Shown: one piece after another, positions 58,990 to 64,000 of the stretch
How positions within the stretch are numbered: the first letter of the stretch is position 1
Layout of the letters: every line of letters begins with the position of its first letter
Source: Candidatus Aenigmatarchaeota archaeon
GTDB lineage: Archaea > Aenigmatarchaeota > Aenigmatarchaeia > Aenigmatarchaeales > Aenigmatarchaeaceae
NCBI GenBank assembly: GCA_043814985.1
Contig: JBDRJK010000019.1
Span: 1-64,000, forward strand
DNA length: 64,000 nucleotides
Reading direction: 5' to 3'
Notes under the pieces: model-generated
The model's input: only the letters and a program-made list of their open reading frames with translations
What the model was told of the DNA's origin: nothing
The model's database searches: none
Program-made: the position numbers and the translations under genes

Positions 58990-59151
58990 ATGACAAAAAA
59001 AGGATACTCCGTCTACTTAGGACGGGAGTTGAGCTTTATGGTAGACAAACTTATAGAAAACAACTGTGGAAAGGTCAACGATACACTTAGTGGATTGATA
59101 AAACGAGGAATTGACAGTTTCGAGAAAGAGATAATTAGGGGGAATAAATAA
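58990..59151 (+). CDS. Small RHH-like protein (53 aa)
   Basis: Hand translation: MTKKGYSVYLGRELSFMVDKLIE...LSGLIKRGI; stop overlaps the next ATG. Confidence 0.5.
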   Translation: MTKKGYSVYLGRELSFMVDKLIENNCGKVNDTLSGLIKRGIDSFEKEIIRGNK

Positions 59152-59546
59152 TGACAGACATACACTTTGAGAAATGGTTATACCAAAAATTCCAGAGCGA
59201 ATTTAAAAACAGTTTGAAAAAACAGAAGCAGAAAGCCAATGAGATTTTTGAGAAGCAGAAGAAGAAAAACGACAAAAGAAGGGAAGAAACACAGAAGATA
59301 GCCAGCAATGTTCTTGACAAATACCCTTTATTTGCCAATGGTGTGCAAGTGAAGGGTAAAATTACATGCAACAACAAACTTGAAGATGGTAAGCTATGTG
59401 ATTTCGAGTTTGAGCCTAAGAAAATGCTGTTGGATAGGGCACCAAACATCCAAGATGAGAATGAATTGCTGAAATACTTCTTGGGTATGGATTTGACTGC
59501 TATATGCAGGAAATGTGGGAAGACCTTGAAAATTTCATTGAGGTGA
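59151..59546 (+). CDS. Coiled-coil plus zinc-binding hypothetical protein
   Basis: K/E-rich helix; C..C...CRKC. Confidence 0.6.
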   Translation: MTDIHFEKWLYQKFQSEFKNSLKKQKQKANEIFEKQKKKNDKRREETQKIASNVLDKYPLFANGVQVKGKITCNNKLEDGKLCDFEFEPKKMLLDRAPNIQDENELLKYFLGMDLTAICRKCGKTLKISLR

Positions 59547-59550
59547 TTGA

Positions 59551-59715
59551 ATGGACTATGATAAATTAGCTAAGAAAATTTCTAAGCATTTACAAAAGGA
59601 TTTTGTATCAAGAAAAGAATTTAAACAAATGGGCAAAGCTGTAGATACCTTGCTATTGATACATGATGAGGAAGCCAAGAAAATCAATGCTGATAAGATA
59701 AGATACATTGGCTAA
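59551..59715 (+). CDS. Small hypothetical protein (54 aa)
   Basis: Hand translation: MDYDKLAKKISKHLQKDF...; GAGGTGA ribosome-binding site. Confidence 0.5.
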   Translation: MDYDKLAKKISKHLQKDFVSRKEFKQMGKAVDTLLLIHDEEAKKINADKIRYIG

Positions 59716-60433
59716 AAATATGAATAATAAGAATGTAAGAATTCAACGAATGCACAAAAAAGCTTATTTTGTACTTTACCATATGTTATTCTTGCTATCT
59801 GAGGAAGAATATAATCTTACATCACTCGCTAAAATTATCGGAGAAAGCAAACAAAACACTTTATTTCATCTTAAAAAAGCACAAAAGAAGGGATTGGTAA
59901 ACCAACATAGAGACACAAATTTCTGGTTCGTATTACCCAAAGGATTGGGGTCTATCCGACTATTGAAAGCTTTTGTCAAATCAAAGAAGAGAATACCTAA
60001 AAAATACATAGGAAAGAGACGTTTTCATGCTTTCAAGGTAAATGGTAAATTGGGAACTAAATTAGATACAAGACAGATTATAGAGCGTAATGGTGCGATT
60101 TTTGAGAATTCAGTCTATCAAGCTACTTATGGAATTGTGGTATGTGAGGATAATTTTGTTGCAACATCTAAAAAGCTTGGTTTGGCTACCTATACATTTG
60201 ATTATAGTGAAGTATATTCCATTTTTGATGAAATAATTAATAAAATTAATAAGGAAACTCCATTCAAGATAAAAACTTACGAGTGTGAGATGGAGGTTGC
60301 TGAACTTCTGGACCAAAAGGACATAATTCAGGATGCTGAAAATAATGAAGGTTACCTCTCAGAATACTATTGGTACGATAATAGCTGGGACTTCTTAGAA
60401 AGGGAATTTAGAACAGAATTTAAAGATGTCTAG
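59708..60433 (+). CDS. Winged-helix protein, possible replication or regulatory protein of the element
   Basis: LTSLAKIIGESKQNTLFHLKKAQKKGLV HTH; RFHAF motif; acidic C-terminus. Confidence 0.55.
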   Translation: MAKNMNNKNVRIQRMHKKAYFVLYHMLFLLSEEEYNLTSLAKIIGESKQNTLFHLKKAQKKGLVNQHRDTNFWFVLPKGLGSIRLLKAFVKSKKRIPKKYIGKRRFHAFKVNGKLGTKLDTRQIIERNGAIFENSVYQATYGIVVCEDNFVATSKKLGLATYTFDYSEVYSIFDEIINKINKETPFKIKTYECEMEVAELLDQKDIIQDAENNEGYLSEYYWYDNSWDFLEREFRTEFKDV

Positions 60434-60776
60434 TGTTTTTCATCTGTAGGTCTTCTTTATCCTTTTGATGTTTAAATCCCAAAAGGGCAAAAAATATAGA
60501 AACTGAACAAAAAGCTACTCCTAATGCTAATAAAAAAGCTGAATTATTCAATGTAAATTTTGAGTCTTCTAGAAAAACATTTGATACAGAATCAAAACTT
60601 TCTTTTTGCTGTTCATAAATTTGTGGTTTTTCCAAATGTAAATCATTAGTATAAACAATGAAATCTAACCACTGACCACGTATACTAACAAAAGATGAGA
60701 ACATAAGACTGCAAATTATACCACTGAATCCTGCCAAAGTTGCCAATACTTTAGCAAATTCAAAGAATCTGTTCAC
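60420..60776 (-). CDS. Two-TM membrane protein
   Basis: 118-aa ORF with two hydrophobic helices. Confidence 0.55.
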   Translation of the reverse strand: MNRFFEFAKVLATLAGFSGIICSLMFSSFVSIRGQWLDFIVYTNDLHLEKPQIYEQQKESFDSVSNVFLEDSKFTLNNSAFLLALGVAFCSVSIFFALLGFKHQKDKEDLQMKNTRHL

Positions 60777-60834
60777 ATAAATTATTTAAAGTTCAAATTT
60801 TATATACTAAATAGGTATTTTAATTTCAGACCCC

Positions 60835-60848
60835 ATTTCTTATTATGA
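60835..60848 (+). repeat. attR candidate ATTTCTTATTATGA, including the archease ATG
   Basis: Identical to 53568-53581. Confidence 0.75.
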
Positions 60849-61261
60849 GATTCAAATTTTTGGAGGATATGGCAACAGCAGATGTTGCGTTCGAGGCTTA
60901 CGGGAAGACTCTGGAAGAGGCCTTTGCTAATTCAGCTCTTGCAATGTTCGAGGTTCAGACTGATGTTGGAAAAATTAAACCGATTATTTCCAAGGATGTT
61001 GAGATTGTTTCCGAGAACAAGGAGTCTCTTTTGTTTGACTGGCTTTCCGAATTGCTTTATTTCAGGGACATAGAGAACATGTTCTTCGGCAAGTTTGACA
61101 TCAAGATTGAGAAGAATGAGAATTTCAAGCTGACTGGCAAGATATATGGTGAGAAGATAGAGGGGCATGAGCTGAGGACCGAAGTGAAGGGTGTCTCCTA
61201 CCAGTTGATGAAGATAGAGGAAAAGCCGGAATTCAAGATCAGGGTTATTCTTGACGTCTGA
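60845..61261 (+). CDS. Archease (RtcB cofactor)
   Basis: TADVAFEAYGKTLEEAF, LLFDWLSELL, EVKGVSY and C-terminal LDV. Confidence 0.93.
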   Translation: MRFKFLEDMATADVAFEAYGKTLEEAFANSALAMFEVQTDVGKIKPIISKDVEIVSENKESLLFDWLSELLYFRDIENMFFGKFDIKIEKNENFKLTGKIYGEKIEGHELRTEVKGVSYQLMKIEEKPEFKIRVILDV

Positions 61262-61310
61262 TTTTTACTACTAAAGAGTATTTAAAGTTTGCTATCTTAT
61301 TTCTATTAGG

Positions 61311-61604
61311 TTGTTTGTAATGGCTAGAATTAATAATACGATAAGAGAATCTTTGGATAAACTTAGTTTTCATTTGAGGACAGAAGAAAAGAATGACCAT
61401 ATGTCTATTAAAACCAAGCCTGACATGCTTCTTGAACTGGTCAAGAAAAGAAAGAGGACCGTTAGGGAATTGTGCAACATACTGGATGTTGATCAAAGAA
61501 TTCTGTCCAGCTGGGTTAATGCCCTTGAGAGCAATAAAATCCTGAAAACAGAAGCTTCTATTTTTGGTGAATCTTTTATTAAACTGAATGGTTACAAGGA
61601 ATAA
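61311..61604 (+). CDS. Small winged-helix protein
   Basis: IKTKPDMLLELVK...SWVNALE; resembles the N-terminus of 44343-45182. Confidence 0.55.
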   Translation: MFVMARINNTIRESLDKLSFHLRTEEKNDHMSIKTKPDMLLELVKKRKRTVRELCNILDVDQRILSSWVNALESNKILKTEASIFGESFIKLNGYKE

Positions 61605-61677
61605 TAAAATTATATATTAAAATAATTAAAAACAAAAATAAAGATGGTTATATTCTTTATTTGACAAAAAAACTTAC

Positions 61678-61734
61678 TTAATAATCATCATCTTCTTTTT
61701 GAACTTCTTCTTTCATTTTCTTTTTCTTTGGCAT
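61678..61734 (-). CDS. Putative 18-aa micropeptide MPKKKKMKEEVQKEDDDY
   Basis: Hand translation; strong GGGGTGA ribosome-binding site and T-run downstream. Confidence 0.35.
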   Translation of the reverse strand: MPKKKKMKEEVQKEDDDY

Positions 61735-61840
61735 GGATATCACCCCCTGTAGGCACTATCTCTGACAGATGGAAGAATTATGGACAACCTCTATTTAAAC
61801 TTTTAACCGTATTTAAACATGACCTCTCACTTGCCAGTTA

Positions 61841-62407
61841 TTAAAAAAACGACAGTATCAGGTCTATTCCTCTGGCAGCTATGAATATGCCCATTACCTT
61901 TGAGATTATGTCAACTGTTCCCTTGCCCAAAAACTTGTTTATGAAGCCGTAGGCCCTTAGGAATACCCATATTAGAGAAAGTGAAAGCAGCAATGCAAGA
62001 GAAGTCAAAACCGCACCTATGCTGTTAGTAAAAAATATTACACTGGTTATTACTCCAGGCCCTGTTGTTATAGGGGTGGCTATTATAACAGCTGCCACAC
62101 TGTAGTTCCTAGCCTTTTCCTTTGATATTTTGAAGTTAAGTATCATCTCCAAACCCAGAAGGAAAAGGACAATGCCGCCGACAATGGTAAAGCTCCTGAG
62201 GGATATGCTGAACACGTCAAGTATGGAGTTGCCACCTATGATGAAAATAAACGCAAGAATGCCTGCAACAGTTACTGCCTTGTTTACGCTCTTTATTTTC
62301 TCTTTCTTGCTGAACTTTTTGGTTATGTCCGCGAAAACTATGTACGAAGAAAAGGGGTCCATTATCATGAAAAGTATTATGAATGCCTGTAAAAAACCCG
62401 TCAACAT
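61841..62407 (-). CDS. marC: MarC-family membrane protein
   Basis: IMDP, GGIVLF and ATPITTGPG motifs; 6 TM helices. Confidence 0.88.
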   Translation of the reverse strand: MLTGFLQAFIILFMIMDPFSSYIVFADITKKFSKKEKIKSVNKAVTVAGILAFIFIIGGNSILDVFSISLRSFTIVGGIVLFLLGLEMILNFKISKEKARNYSVAAVIIATPITTGPGVITSVIFFTNSIGAVLTSLALLLSLSLIWVFLRAYGFINKFLGKGTVDIISKVMGIFIAARGIDLILSFF

Positions 62408-62444
62408 AAAGTATATTCACTTTTGTTGTTTTATAAACCTATAA

Positions 62445-63878
62445 TCAACCTTTTACAACACCCAAAGGCTTCAATCTGCAAACAATCTTACTTATACCAG
62501 CCTTCTCACAAGTCTCAACAACCTCTGTAACATCCTTGTAGGCAAAGTCTGCCTCTTCAGCCAATGTCTTCAACCCAGCGCTCCTGACAAAGATTCCCCT
62601 TTTCTCCATATCTCTTTTTACTTCCTCTCCACTCTTTCTTCTCAATGCCGCATGCCTTGACATTAATCTCCCAGCTCCGTGGGCAGTGCTGAAGAATGTA
62701 TCCTTTCCAGTCTCTGTCCCGACAAGCAAATAAGAATAAGTTCCCATTGAACCTCCTATGATAACTGGCTGGCCGATATTCTTGTAGATGTCAGGTAAGG
62801 CAGCATGACCAGGTGGAAACCCTCTCGTCGATCCTTTCCTGTGAATCCATACTTTTTTCTTGTTGCTATCAATAACATGCTCTTCCTGTTTGATGGTGTT
62901 GTGGCTGACATCGTAAATTAGTTCTAATCCTAAATCTTCTGCGCTCTTTCCAAAAATATTCTCAAAGCTCTGCCTGACCCAGTGAAGTATCATTTGTCTA
63001 TTAGCTAAAGCATAGTTGACGGCGCATGATGCAGCCTTGAAATAATCCTGTCCCTCCATGCTCTGTGCCGGGGCGCATGCAAGTTCCCTGTCAGGAATCT
63101 TTATTCCGTATTTTCTCATTGCTCCCTCCATGACCCTTATGTAGTCTGTTGCAACTTGATGTCCTAGTCCTCTTGAGCCGCAGTGTATCATGGCTGTTAT
63201 CTGGCCCTCTTTTTCTATTCCCATTGTTTTGGCGACTTCAGGCAGGAATATCTTGTCAACCCTTTGGACCTCTAGATAATGGTTTCCTGAACCAAGGCTT
63301 CCCAATTGTGGAATGCCTCTCTGCTTGGCCTTGTCAGAAACACGGGAAGCGTCAGCTTGCTTCATTCTTCCCCTGTCCTCAATCCTTTCCAAGTCCATCT
63401 TCCAGCCATAGCCGTTCTTGACAGCCCACTCAGCTCCTGTTTCCAATACCTGATTCAGCTGATTCATGTTCAGTCTTATTCTTCCTTTAGAGCCTAGACC
63501 GCTTGGGACATTCCTGAAAAATGCCTCCACCAAGCTTTTTACTTTTGGTTTCATGTCCTTCTCATTCAGGTTGGTTCTTATCATTCTCACTCCGCAAGAA
63601 ATATCATAGCCGCAGAATCCAGGAGATATGATGCCAGTATCAAAATCAAATGCCCCGACCCCTCCGATTGGAGCCCCGTATCCCTCATGTGCATCTGGCA
63701 AAACAATAATGTTCTTTAAAATTCCCTTTAATGTTGCGCAATTAGAGGCCTGCCAAAATGTCCTGTCTCCCTGTATCTTTTCAATCATCTGCCTAGAAGC
63801 GTGAACCCTGACAGGAACCAGCATCTTGCCGGTTTTTGGAATCTCCCAGAGAACATCGTTTATTTTGTTTATCTCCAT
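62445..63878 (-). CDS. rtcB: RNA-splicing ligase RtcB
   Basis: PDAHEGYG, GYDISCG, GSGNHY, HCGSRG, HN, HRKG and HGAGR motifs. Confidence 0.96.
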   Translation of the reverse strand: MEINKINDVLWEIPKTGKMLVPVRVHASRQMIEKIQGDRTFWQASNCATLKGILKNIIVLPDAHEGYGAPIGGVGAFDFDTGIISPGFCGYDISCGVRMIRTNLNEKDMKPKVKSLVEAFFRNVPSGLGSKGRIRLNMNQLNQVLETGAEWAVKNGYGWKMDLERIEDRGRMKQADASRVSDKAKQRGIPQLGSLGSGNHYLEVQRVDKIFLPEVAKTMGIEKEGQITAMIHCGSRGLGHQVATDYIRVMEGAMRKYGIKIPDRELACAPAQSMEGQDYFKAASCAVNYALANRQMILHWVRQSFENIFGKSAEDLGLELIYDVSHNTIKQEEHVIDSNKKKVWIHRKGSTRGFPPGHAALPDIYKNIGQPVIIGGSMGTYSYLLVGTETGKDTFFSTAHGAGRLMSRHAALRRKSGEEVKRDMEKRGIFVRSAGLKTLAEEADFAYKDVTEVVETCEKAGISKIVCRLKPLGVVKG

Positions 63879-64000
63879 ACTATCATCACTATCTTATTAT
63901 TCTTTATAAAGATTTAATTGCAATAACTTGTATGCCAGTGAGTACAGCACCATACAGGAGGGCTTATTTACATACGAAAAGCAAGGGAAGAGAGGGCACT

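Larger units (their letters stand above)
53568..60848. mobile_element. Integrated element (~7.3 kb) with tyrosine integrase
   Basis: Integrase at the left end; AT-rich ORFan cargo; bounded by the direct repeat ATTTCTTATTATGA. Confidence 0.8.

Noticed and set aside
114..63497. Numerous 60-220 aa ORFs antisense to or nested in long genes
   Set aside because: Shadow ORFs of well-supported genes, with no motifs of their own.
1..64000. CRISPR array, tRNA genes, 16S or 5S rRNA
   Set aside because: None recognised by eye; a dedicated scan could still find small RNAs I missed.
63932..64000. Possible ORF start (MPVSTAPYRRAY...) at the window end
   Set aside because: Too short to assign.

Overview
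Archaeal DNA, probably DPANN and Aenigmarchaeota-like. This is inferred from the unlinked 23S gene, the form III RuBisCO/AMP-phosphorylase cluster, TBP, archease, RtcB and class III signal-peptide pilins. From left to right the window holds: two giant mosaic surface enzymes (glycoside hydrolase, phosphoesterase, lyase-like, PA14 and M64 modules joined by Cys-rich linkers); a subtilase and partner; pcm; an AMP-salvage cluster (R15P isomerase, RuBisCO III, AMP phosphorylase, phosphoglycerate mutase); a stand-alone 23S rRNA gene; RNase P RNA; TBP; two radical-SAM/PqqD RiPP-like clusters; a DEAD-box helicase; a type IV pilus locus; argS; TrmB; a ~7.3 kb tyrosine-integrase element bounded by a 14-bp direct repeat containing the archease start codon; and rtcB. 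The most striking observation is in the 23S precursor. A 236-nt bulge-helix-bulge intron in helix 93 and the 5' leader both contain box C/D-like guide RNAs complementary to the same 23S. By the D+5 rule, two of the guides point exactly at the widely conserved Gm2251 (P-loop) and Um2552 (A-loop) positions. All pairings and E. coli numberings were done by eye; no database searches were run.
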